This document shows positions 49,814 to 59,276 of a stretch of 64,000 nucleotides of DNA, in pieces (positions within the stretch are counted from its first letter, which is position 1; every line of letters starts with the position of its first letter). Source of the stretch: an uncultured Thermoleophilia bacterium (lineage in GTDB: Bacteria; Actinomycetota; Thermoleophilia; Gaiellales; Gaiellaceae); the NCBI GenBank assembly GCA_963758065.1, contig CAVWTX010000011.1, forward strand, positions 16,152-80,151, written 5' to 3'. Both the position numbers and the translations under genes were made by a program. The notes below the pieces were generated by a model. It searched no databases. It was not told the DNA's origin and worked only from the letters and a program-made list of their open reading frames with translations.

Positions 49814-52244
49814 ATGGATCCGCTCTATCGGCCCGACGAGGTCGAGACGCGCTGGCAGCAGACCTGGGAGACCGACGGTCTCTACGCGGCCGGAGCTCGG
49901 GCGCGCGCCGCGACCAGACGTACGTCATCTGCGTGCCGCCGCCGAACGTCACCGGTGAGTTGCACATGGGCCACGCGCTCAATGGCTCGCTCCAGGACGT
50001 CCTGGTGCGCTGGCACCGGATGCAGGGCTACGACACGCTCTGGCAGCCGGGATACGACCACGCCGGTATCTCGACGCAGAACGTCATCGAGAAGGAGCTC
50101 GCGAGGGAGGGCCTCTCGCGCCAGGACATCGGGCGCGAGGCATTCGTCGAGCGGACGTGGGACTGGCTCGAGAAGACCGGTCGCACGATCATGGGCCAGT
50201 TCCGCCGCCTGGGCTGCTCGCTCGACTACTCGCGTGAGCGGTTCACGATGGACGACGACTACGTCCGCGCGGTCATGACGTTCTTCGTCCGGCTCTGGGA
50301 TCGGGGCTGGATCTACCGCGCCAACCGAATCGTGAACTGGTGCCCGTTTCACCAGACCGCGATCTCCGATCTCGAGGTCGTCCACGAGGAGATGGACGAC
50401 ACGCTGCTGACGATCCGCTACCCGTTCGCGGACGGTGACGGCCGGGAGGGCGTCTCGATCGCGACCGTGCGGGCGGCCACGATTCTCGGCGACGTGGCCG
50501 TCGCGGTCCACCCGGAGGACGAGCGCTATGCGTCGGCCGTCGGCCGCGAAGTGGTCGTGCCGTACACGGAGCGTCGCGTCCCGGTCATCGCAGACACTCG
50601 CATCGACCCCGCGTTCGGGACGGGTGCGCTCAAGGTCACGCCGGGGCACGATCCGTTGGACTTCGACATCGGTCGCGACGCCGGGCTGCCCGAGCCGATC
50701 GTCATCGGGTTGGACGGACGCATGAACGAAGCCGCGGGCGACCTCGACGGGCTGACGCAAGAGGAGGCGGGCGCGCGCGTCGTCGCCTGGGCGGACGAGC
50801 GGGGGTTGGTCGAGAGTCGCGTGCCGTATCGCCACTCGGTGGGAACTTGCGAGCGTTGCCACTCCCGGATCGAGCCGCTCATCTCGCTCCAGTGGTGGTG
50901 CGCGATGGAGGAGCCGGCAAAGCCCGCGATCGCCGCGCTCCGCGAGCGTCGTGTGCGCTACCACCCGGAGTCGCAGCATCGCTTCGCGATCGCATCGCTC
51001 GAGGAGACCCCCGACTGGTGCATCTCGCGGCAGCTCTGGTGGGGGCATCAGCTCCCGATCTGGTACTGCCCCGACGGGCATGCGACCGTGCGAGTCGACT
51101 CGCCGACGGCGTGCGGCGAGTGCGGCTCGACCGAGCTCGAGCGCGAGTCCGACGTCCTCGACACGTGGTTCTCCTCGGCGCTGTGGCCGTACGCGACACT
51201 CGGCTGGCCCGACGAGACGCCGGAGCTCGCCCGCTACTACCCGGGCGACGTGAACTCGACAGCGCGCGAGATCATCCGCCTCTGGGAGAACCGGATGATC
51301 TGGACCGGTCTCGAGGCGCTCGGCGACATCCCGTTCACCGACGTCATCATCCACTCGACCGTGCTCGCTGTCGACGGCCGGCGCATGTCGAAGAGCCTGG
51401 GCACCGGGATCGACCCCATGGAGCCGATCGAGGAGCACGGCGCCGACGCGACGCGTTACGGCCTCCTCAAGATCTCCTCGACGCAGGACGTGCGCTTCTC
51501 CTACGGCGCCATCGAGGAAGGGCGCAAGCTCGCGATCAAGCTCTGGAACGTCGCGCGGCTGATTCTCCAGAATGCGGGCCGGCGTGACTCCGGCCTTGGC
51601 GCCGCGCGACCTCGAGGAGCGGTGGATCCTCGCGCGGATCGAGGCAGCCCGGATCGAGCTCGAGGACGCGTGGAGGCGTTTCGACTTCGCCGGCTCGACG
51701 GACACGCTCTATCACCTCGTGTTCGACGACTTCTGCGACTGGTACGCCGAGGCGATCAAGCCCCGGCTCTACGACGGCGACCCGGGCGCGACCTCGACGG
51801 CGCTGGCCGCGCTCGAGCGGCTCCTGGCGCTGCTCCATCCCGTGATGCCGCACGTCACGGAGGAGATCTGGTCGCAGCTCCCGGAGCGTGAGACGCGGCT
51901 GATCGTCGCGCCGTGGCCGGAGGCGGACGGGCGGTTCGCGGACGCTGCGGGCGCCCTCGACCGCGTGCAAGAGGCTGCGCACATCTTCCGCCGGAGCGGC
52001 GTCGCAGGTGGAGCTCGGCTCGGATGACGAGCGCCGGATCTTCGCCGCGGTCGTGCGCCCCGATCGCGCACGCGCGGACGGCAACCGCGATGCCGAGATC
52101 GAGCGGCTGCGCAAGGAGGTCGCTCGCGCGGAAGGGATGCTCGCGAACGAGCGCTTCGTTGCGAACGCTCCGGCGAGCGTCGTGGCCGCCGAGCGCGAGA
52201 AGCTCGAGCGCTACCGCCGCGAGCTCGCCGCCCTCGGCGGCTGA
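49814..52244 (+). pseudogene. valS: valine--tRNA ligase, at least three frameshifts
   Basis: PPPNVTGELHMGHA (HIGH), RMSKSLG (KMSKS), C-terminal coiled coil. Breaks between 49890-49925 (WETDGLYAAG...|...YVICVPPPNVTG), at about 51578 (LILQNA|(A)GVTPALAPRDLEERW) and at about 52007 (FRRSGVA|VELGSDDERRIF). Confidence 0.92.
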
Positions 52245-52249
52245 CGCAC

Positions 52250-53310
52250 GTGTCGGCGGTCGACTGGCTGGACGCGCTCTCGCCGTGGCCGCGCGAGTTC
52301 GGCCTCGACGGGATACGCGCGCTGCTCGCCGAGCTCGGCGATCCACAGAGCGAATACCCAGCGATCCATGTCGTCGGGACGAACGGCAAGTCGACGGCGA
52401 CCGTCACGATCGAGCAGCTCCTCCTCTCCGAGGGCCTCTCGGTCGGGGCGACGATCTCGCCTCATGTCGCCGACTGGAGCGAGCGCATCCGGGTGAACGG
52501 CCAGGAGGCCGACTTCGAGGCCGCCATCGCCCGCGTTCGCGAGCCCGCGGAACGCCTCGACGCGACCCAGTTCGAAATCGTGACTGCTGCCGCGCTCGCC
52601 GAATTCGCCCACGCACGAGTGGACGTCGCGGTCGTCGAGGCCGGATTGGGCGGACGGCTCGACGCGACGAACGTGCTCCGAACGCGCGTCGTCCTGCTCA
52701 CGAACGTCGGGCTCGAGCACACGGATGTCCTCGGCAAGACCCGCGACGCCGTCGCCCACGAGAAGCTCGCGGTCGCGCCCGAGGATGCGATCGTCGTGCT
52801 CCCCGACGAGACCTACGCGCACCTCGTGCCCGGACAACGAGGTGAGGATCGGCCGCGCCCGCGAGGCCGCTGAGGCATTCGTCGGCCACCCGATCGCATC
52901 CACCCCGAACGTCGCGCTCCCGGGCCGCTTCGAGCAGCGGGACGGCGAGATCCGGGATGGCGCGCACAATGCCGACGGTGCGCGCTACCTCGTCGACCGG
53001 CTTCCAGCGGGCGACTACACACTCGTCGTCTCGATTCTCGTCGACAAGGACGCAGACGCGATGCTGCGAGAGCTTCGTCGAGTGGGATCGCGGCTCGTCG
53101 CGACACGATCGTCGTCCGAGCGCGCGCTTCCGGCCGACCAGCTCGCGAGCCCTCGCGCAGCGCCACTTCGAGTACGTCGAGGTCGTCGACGATCCGATGG
53201 AGGCACTCACACGTGCGCACGAGCACGGGGACACGGTGCTCGTGACCGGCTCGCTCTACCTGCTCGGGGACATTGCGCAGCGGGAACGGCGCACGGCATG
53301 GCGAGGGTGA
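52250..53310 (+). pseudogene. folC: bifunctional folylpolyglutamate synthase/dihydrofolate synthase, two frameshifts
   Basis: HVVGTNGKSTA P-loop. Breaks: AHLVPG|NEVRIGRAREAAE at about 52835 and PADQLAS|LAQRHFEYVEVVDDP at about 53150. 1061 nt minus 2 is a multiple of 3. Confidence 0.88.
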
Positions 53311-53411
53311 CGGAGAGGCTGTCCGTGCTCGCGTTCGCGGCTCTTCTCGTCGGGGCGATCATCGTGATCGCGTTCGTGCTCGGCTACGGGATCGGCAAGC
53401 TTCTGCTATGA
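53298..53411 (+). CDS. 37-aa single-TM mini-protein
   Basis: MARVTERLSVLAFAALLVGAIIVIAFVLGYGIGKLLL. Overlaps the folC end and the next ATG (ATGA at 53408). Confidence 0.3.
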   Translation: MARVTERLSVLAFAALLVGAIIVIAFVLGYGIGKLLL

Positions 53412-53935
53412 CCGTTGCCGTGCCGCCGCTTGCGCTGTCGCTCGACAATCCCGACTGGACTCTCTTCCGAAACCTCGGCATCGGCCTCGTCGTCGTCCTC
53501 TGGCTCGCGACCGCATACTGGACGTTCAAGGACGCGCGTCGCCGGATCGAGGACCCGTGGCTCGTGGCGCTGGCGACGCTCGTCGGCCTGTTCCCACCGT
53601 TCCTCGGGCCGATCATCTACATGTTCTTCCGGCCGCCCGAGTACATCCAGGACGCGCGCGAGCGCGAGCTCGAGATCAAGGCGATGGAGGAGCGGCTCTC
53701 CCAGATCGATCAGCGGTGCCCCGTGTGTCGTGCGCGGGTCGAGGCCTCGTATCTCGTCTGTCCCGTGTGTACCACGCGGCTGAAGTCCGCGTGCCCGACG
53801 TGCGGGCAACCGCTCGAGTCGCTCTGGCAGGTCTGCCCGTACTGCGCGACGGAGATCCCGCCTGCGTTGCCCGCGCTCGAGGACCTCACGTCGAGGACCC
53901 GTCGCGCAGCGCCACGAACCCAGTCCGACGACTGA
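53408..53935 (+). CDS. membrane protein with PLDc_N-like N-terminal domain and C-terminal double zinc ribbon
   Basis: Two TM helices (WLATAYWTFKDARRR...FPPFLGPIIYMFFRP), then CPVC...CPVC...CPTC...CPYC. Confidence 0.7.
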   Translation: MTVAVPPLALSLDNPDWTLFRNLGIGLVVVLWLATAYWTFKDARRRIEDPWLVALATLVGLFPPFLGPIIYMFFRPPEYIQDARERELEIKAMEERLSQIDQRCPVCRARVEASYLVCPVCTTRLKSACPTCGQPLESLWQVCPYCATEIPPALPALEDLTSRTRRAAPRTQSDD

Positions 53936-53944
53936 GCTCGAAGG

Positions 53945-53967
53945 GGTCAGACCCGTGGGGTCCGACC
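53945..53967. repeat. two 14-nt-phased GGTCNGACC palindromes, about 28 nt upstream of ndk
   Basis: ggtcagacc at 53945 and ggtccgacc at 53959. Same family as 47426-47462. Confidence 0.7.
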
Positions 53968-53995
53968 CCGCGTGAGCACTAGACTCCGCGGCCGC

Positions 53996-54412
53996 ATGGC
54001 TCGCGAGACGACACTCGTCCTCGTCAAGCCCGATGGCATGGAGCGCCGGCTGGCAGGAGAAATCATCGCCCGCTTCGAGCGTCGCGGGCTCGAGCTGCGC
54101 GGCGCGCGTCTTCTGAGGATCTCGAAGCCGATGGCCCGCGAGCATTACGCGGAGCACAAGGGCAAGCCGTTCTACGGCGGACTCGTCGACTTCATCACGT
54201 CGGGGCGCGTGCTCGCGCTCGCCGTGAGCGGCGAGTCCGCGATCTCGGTCGTTCGGACGATGATGGGCGCGACGAACCCCCTCGACTCGTCGCCGGGGAC
54301 GATCCGCGGCGACTACGCGCTGGAGCTCGAGGAGAACATCGTCCACGGCTCGGACTCGAAGGCGAGCGCGCGCCGCGAGCTCGCGCTGTTCTTCCCCGAC
54401 GGGCTTGTCTGA
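53996..54412 (+). CDS. ndk: nucleoside-diphosphate kinase
   Basis: TLVLVKPDG, NIVHGSDS active-site His context. ATG at 53996. Confidence 0.93.
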   Translation: MARETTLVLVKPDGMERRLAGEIIARFERRGLELRGARLLRISKPMAREHYAEHKGKPFYGGLVDFITSGRVLALAVSGESAISVVRTMMGATNPLDSSPGTIRGDYALELEENIVHGSDSKASARRELALFFPDGLV

Positions 54413-55171
54413 CCTCCCCGACTACGTCGCGCGAAACCGCGCGCTCTGGACGACATCCAACGCGGAGTACACCGATGCGCAGGCCGATCGCGCATGGCGT
54501 GCGGACGCCATGACGTGGGGGATGTTCGGCGTCCCGGAGACCGAAGTCGGCGTGCTGGGCGACGTCGCGGGTCTCGAGGTGGTCGAGCTCGGATGCGGGA
54601 CGGCGTACTTCTCCGCCTGGCTTGCGCGTCGTGGTGCGCGACCAGTCGGCGTCGACGTGACGCCTGCGCAGCTGGACACGGCGCGCAGGCTCCAGGCCGA
54701 GACCGGGGTCTCGTTCCCGCTGTCGAGGCGAACGCCGAGGAGGTCCCGCTCCCGGACGCGAGCTTCGACCTCGCGCTCTCCGAGTACGGCGCCAGCATCT
54801 GGTGCGACCCGTACCGCTGGATTCCGGAGGCACACCGCCTGCTTCGTCCCGGCGGGCGTCTCGTGTTCCTCTGCAACAGCCCGCTCGTGATGCTCTGTGC
54901 GGTCGAGGATGAGGACGCGACGTCGAGCGGCTTCTGCGGCCACAGCGGGGCATGCACGGATCGCCTGGCGGACGGTGAGCGTCGAGTTCCAGCTAGCGCA
55001 TGGCGATATGTTCCGCTGTCCTCCGCGACTCAGGCTTCGAGGTCGAGGCCTGATCGAGCTCTATGCGCCGGATGGCGCCGAAGACGCACGAGTACTACTC
55101 CTTCGTGACCGCCGACTGGGCGCGGAAGTGGCCTGCCGAGGAGATCTGGGCCGCGCGCGAAGCGCGCCTGA
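54405..55171 (+). pseudogene. class I SAM-dependent methyltransferase, about seven frame disruptions
   Basis: VVELGCGTAYFSAWLA motif I. The protein can only be followed by hopping frames at about 54722, 54920, 54955, 55015, 55050, 55083 and 55160 (e.g. GVSFPL|VEANAEEVPLPD, GMH|RIAWRTVSVEFQLAHGDMFR, VLRDSGFEVEA|LIELYAPDGAED|HEYYSFVTADWARKWPAEEIWAAR|KRA*). Confidence 0.65.
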
Positions 55172-55173
55172 CC

Positions 55174-56085
55174 TTGCCCGAGCTCGACGTCGTCACGGGC
55201 GCGTTCTCCTTCACCGGCCGTCACATCGCCGAGGCGCTGCTCGCCACGCGGTCGACGCGTTCGCACGCTGACGCGACATGCTGACCCGTCCCATGCGCTC
55301 GCGACCCGGGTCGAAGTCGCGCCGCTTGCATTCGACGAGTCGCTCGGTGCGAGCCTGCACGGTGCGGACACGCTCTACAACACGTACTGGGTTCGGTTCG
55401 AGCGCGGCGAGACGACCTTCGACACGGCTTTACGGAACACCGCGGCGCTGTTTCGTGCTGCGCAGCGCGCCCGCGTGAGGCGCATCGTCCACATCAGCGT
55501 CGCAAACCCGGACGTCGCCTCGCCCTTTCCGTACTTCCGCGGGAAGGCGCGAACCGAGGAGGCTGCTTCGTGAAGCTCGGCATGTCGCACGCGATCGTGC
55601 GGCCGACGCTGGTCTACGGGCCCGACGACATCCTCGTCAACAACATCGCCTGGGGACTTCGGCACGTTCCGGTCTTCCTCATCGGGGGCGACGGTCGATC
55701 GCAGGTGCAGCCCGTGTCTGTCAGGGATACCGCTGCCATCTGCGTCGAGGCGGGCGCCCGAGACGACGACGTAACTCTCGACGCAGCCGGACCGGATCGT
55801 TGGACGTACGAGGACTTCGTCCGGCTGATCCGCCGCGCGGTCCGGGGCCGCGCGCGCATCTGGCACAGCCCGACAGGTGGCGCCCTGGCCGCGGCGAGAG
55901 TTGCAGGTTTGCTCCTTCGAGACGTCGTGGTCACACGCGACGAGCTCGAGGCGCTCGGGGCGGGGCTTCTCGTGTCGCACGAGCCATCCGCGGGAAACGA
56001 TCGTTTCGAAACGTGGCTCGCGGCCAACGCGGATCGGCTCGGTCGCCGCTACACATCGGAGCTGGGCAGGAACTTTCGAACGTGA
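55174..56085 (+). pseudogene. NAD-dependent epimerase/dehydratase (atypical SDR) family protein, two frameshifts
   Basis: TTG at 55174. VVTGAFSFTGRHIAEALLA Rossmann motif. Breaks at about 55245 (|RGRRVRTLTRH...YNTYWVRFERG...HISVANP) and about 55565 (|VKLGMSHAIVRPTLVYGPDD). Net length is a multiple of 3. Confidence 0.7.
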
Positions 56086-56657
56086 GCGCCCGGCTGACCC
56101 TTGCGTCCACGAGCCCGCAGCGGCGCGCGATCCTCGAACAACTCCGCATTCCTTTCGACGTCGTCGCTCCCACGTACGTCGAGCACGACCCGCCGGACGC
56201 CGATCCGGCCGAGCTCGTCCGCCGCCACGCGGAGGGAAAAGCCCGCTCTGTCCATGCCGCCGGTCGCGTGACGCTGGGCGTCGATACCACCGTCGTCCTC
56301 GACGAGCGCGCGTACGGCAAGCCGTCCGACGCCGACGAAGCAGCGCGCATGCTCCACGAGCTCTCCGGCCGGACCCACACCGTCGTCTCGGGTCTCTGCC
56401 TTCTCGGCGGCGACGAGGACGTCGTCGCGCACGAGCTGACCGGCGTGACGTTCAGGCTCCTCTCGCCTGACGTCGTCGCGGGCTACGTGGAGAGCGGGGA
56501 GTGGGAGGGGCGTGCGGGCGCCTATGCGATCCAGGGACTCGGTGGCCGACTCGTCGCGCGAATCGAGGGCGACTACCTGAACGTCGTCGGGCTTCCCGGT
56601 GCGCTGCTCGTCTCGTTGCTCGAGCGTCATGCGCCAAATCTGCTGGAAACCGCATAG
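56082..56657 (+). CDS. maf: Maf-like nucleoside triphosphate pyrophosphatase (septum formation protein)
   Basis: LASTSPQRRAILEQL, GVDTTVVLD, AGAYAIQG. The GTG overlaps the upstream stop (GTGA). Confidence 0.88.
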   Translation: MSARLTLASTSPQRRAILEQLRIPFDVVAPTYVEHDPPDADPAELVRRHAEGKARSVHAAGRVTLGVDTTVVLDERAYGKPSDADEAARMLHELSGRTHTVVSGLCLLGGDEDVVAHELTGVTFRLLSPDVVAGYVESGEWEGRAGAYAIQGLGGRLVARIEGDYLNVVGLPGALLVSLLERHAPNLLETA

Positions 56658-56675
56658 GTAGACTCGCGGTTCCTC

Positions 56676-57734
56676 GTGGCCTGGTTCAAGTCCCTCACCG
56701 GCTTCGGCGGCCGCGACATGGCCGTCGACCTCGGAACCGCGAACACGCTCGTCTACGTGCGCGGCCGCGGCATCGTGCTCTCGGAGCCGTCGGTGGTCGC
56801 CATCGACCAGCGAACCGGTGAGGTCCACGCGGTCGGTGTCGAGGCCAAGCGCATGCTCGGGCGGACACCCGGGACGATCTCAGCGATCCGCCCGCTCAAG
56901 GACGGCGTGATCGCGGACTTCGACGTCACCGAGCAGATGCTGCGCCACTTCATTCAGAAGGTGCACCAACATCGCTTCGCGCACCCGCGCGTCGTCGTGT
57001 GCGTGCCGTCGGGCGTGACCGGCGTCGAGAAGCGCGCGGTCGAGGAGGCGACGCTCTCAGCCGGCGCGCGCCAGGCCTACCTCATCGAGGAGCCGATGGC
57101 GGCTGCGATCGGTGCGGGTCTGCCCGTGGCGGAGCCGACCGGGAACATGATCGTCGACATCGGCGGCGGGACGACCGAGGTCGCCGTGATCTCGCTCGGC
57201 GGCATCGTCGTGTCCCAGAGCATGCGCGTCGGTGGCGACGAGATGGACGAGGCGATCGTGAACCACATCAAGAAGGAGTACAAGCTCCTCGTAGGCCAGC
57301 AGACTGCCGAGGAGATCAAGCTCGAGGTCGGGTCCGCGTACCGCCTCAAGGAGGAGCTGTCGGCCGAGGTCCGTGGCCGGGACATGCTCACTGGTCTTCC
57401 GAAGACGGTGATCATCTCGTCGGAGGAGATCCGGCGTGCGCTCGACGATCCGGTGACGCAGATCATCGACGCCATGAAATCGACCCTCGACAAGACGCCC
57501 CCGGAGCTCGCCGCGGACATCATGGACCGGGGAATCGTTCTCGCGGGTGGCGGGGCGCTGCTCCAGAGCCTCGACGAGCGGGTGCGCTCCGAGACGCACA
57601 TGCCGGTGCACCTCGCGGAGAGCCCCCTTACGTGCGTTGCCGTCGGCTCCGGCCGCAGCCTCGAGGAGTTCGACGTCATCCACCGGGCAAGTCGTAGCCG
57701 GGCCGCCCGCAGGAACGGCCTGCTCCGGTACTGA
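56676..57734 (+). CDS. mreB: rod shape-determining protein MreB
   Basis: [42 protein letters not shown]. Confidence 0.95.
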   Translation: MAWFKSLTGFGGRDMAVDLGTANTLVYVRGRGIVLSEPSVVAIDQRTGEVHAVGVEAKRMLGRTPGTISAIRPLKDGVIADFDVTEQMLRHFIQKVHQHRFAHPRVVVCVPSGVTGVEKRAVEEATLSAGARQAYLIEEPMAAAIGAGLPVAEPTGNMIVDIGGGTTEVAVISLGGIVVSQSMRVGGDEMDEAIVNHIKKEYKLLVGQQTAEEIKLEVGSAYRLKEELSAEVRGRDMLTGLPKTVIISSEEIRRALDDPVTQIIDAMKSTLDKTPPELAADIMDRGIVLAGGGALLQSLDERVRSETHMPVHLAESPLTCVAVGSGRSLEEFDVIHRASRSRAARRNGLLRY

Positions 57735-57807
57735 GCAGCGCGGAACGCTCGTAGACGACGTCGCCGGAGTGTGTTTCCGGCTTTCCGCCTAGCTACACTG
57801 GCCGGTC

Positions 57808-58746
57808 GTGCCCCGGCAACGCAGCGCGCGATCGGCGGCGCTGGGCGTGACTGTCCGGCGCATCCCGACGACGACGGCCTCCTCACGCGGCGCAAACCCG
57901 CTCCGCCGGCGTCTTCTCGTTGGCGTGCTCGTGCTGCTGTCGCTCGTCCTCATCAGTGTGTCGTTCCGGTCCGGAGAGGACAGCCCGCTGACCAGCTTCC
58001 AGTCCGCCGGCTCGACCGTCTTGCGGCCGTTCGCCGTGGGCTTCGAAAGGGTCGCACAGCCGTTCCGGGACGCCTACGGCTGGGCTGACAGCCTCGTCGA
58101 CGCGCGATCGGAGGCCGAGCGGCTCCGAGCCGAGAACCGGGAGCTCCTTCAGCGCGCGATCCAGAGCGACTTCGCACTCCAGGAGAACGACTACCTGCGG
58201 CGCCTCTTGAGGTACCTGGACGGCCCTCGGTTCCCCGCGGACTTCAACCCCGTCGCGGCGGAGGTGATCGCCCGCCCCGGCATCGCGTTTACGCAGGCGA
58301 TCGTCGTCGCGGCGGGATCGAGCGACGGAGTCCAGGTGAACGATCCCGTCGTCACCGCCGACGGGCTGGTCGGCCGCGTCACACGGGTGACTCCGGATAC
58401 CGCGCGCATTCAGCTGCTGACGGACGAGGAGGCCGCGGTCTCCGCAGTCGACCTGCGAACGAGCGCCCAGGGAATCGTGCGTCATGCTCGAGGCACACGC
58501 GAGACGCTCGTCCTCGACCGCGTTCGCAAGCAGGACCGGGTCAAGGTTGACGATCAGATCGTGACCGCAGGCTGGAGCGCGAGCGGACTCAGCTCCCTCT
58601 ATCCGAAGGGAATCCCGATCGGGAAGGTCACGAGCGTCGGACAGACGGACACCGATCTCTTCCAGCAGGTTCAGATCGATCCGTTCGTCGACTTCGGCTC
58701 GCTCGATGCCGTGCTCGTCCTCGTCCCCACGGTGCGCCGCCGGTGA
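57808..58746 (+). CDS. mreC: rod shape-determining protein MreC
   Basis: N-terminal TM, coiled coil (AERLRAENRELLQRA), VVTADGLVGRVTRV, YPKGIPIGKV. Position after mreB. Start uncertain. Confidence 0.85.
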   Translation: MPRQRSARSAALGVTVRRIPTTTASSRGANPLRRRLLVGVLVLLSLVLISVSFRSGEDSPLTSFQSAGSTVLRPFAVGFERVAQPFRDAYGWADSLVDARSEAERLRAENRELLQRAIQSDFALQENDYLRRLLRYLDGPRFPADFNPVAAEVIARPGIAFTQAIVVAAGSSDGVQVNDPVVTADGLVGRVTRVTPDTARIQLLTDEEAAVSAVDLRTSAQGIVRHARGTRETLVLDRVRKQDRVKVDDQIVTAGWSASGLSSLYPKGIPIGKVTSVGQTDTDLFQQVQIDPFVDFGSLDAVLVLVPTVRRR

Positions 58747-59276
58747 GTGCGGGAGCCGTGCTGCGAGCGGTGGTCGTCGTCTTCGTCGCAGCAATGCTGC
58801 AGACCGTCATCGTCTCGTCGCTCGTCGTCGGCGGTGGAGCGCCGGACGTGTTGCTCGTGGTCGTGGTCGCTCTCGGGCTCCTTCGAGGAGCCGTCCCCGG
58901 TGCGGTCTTCGGGTTCCTGGGTGGCCTCGTCGTCGACACCGTCACGCTCGACACCATGGGGATCAGCTCGCTCGTGCTCACGCTGGCCGGCTTCTGGGCC
59001 GGTCGCTACGGTGAGACGACGGGGCGCGATCGCCGGTATGCGCCGGTCATCGCCGTTGGTGCGATCACGCTGCTCGCCGGGGTCTTCGGGTTCGTCCTCC
59101 ACTACATGCTCGGCGCGGAAGTCGTCGCGCGCCACGCGCTCGTGACGGCTCTCCTCCCGGCGTTCCTGCTGAACCTGGCGCTCGCGCTCCCGATCCAGGC
59201 TCTCGTCCGGTGGGCGGTCGGGGAAGATTCGCGAATCGAGGATTCCTCCGAGGTCGAGGTGCTGGGAGCGAGATGA
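58743..59276 (+). CDS. mreD: rod shape-determining protein MreD
   Basis: 177-aa polytopic membrane protein between mreC and mrdA, with 4-nt overlaps on both sides. Confidence 0.8.
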   Translation: MSAGAVLRAVVVVFVAAMLQTVIVSSLVVGGGAPDVLLVVVVALGLLRGAVPGAVFGFLGGLVVDTVTLDTMGISSLVLTLAGFWAGRYGETTGRDRRYAPVIAVGAITLLAGVFGFVLHYMLGAEVVARHALVTALLPAFLLNLALALPIQALVRWAVGEDSRIEDSSEVEVLGAR

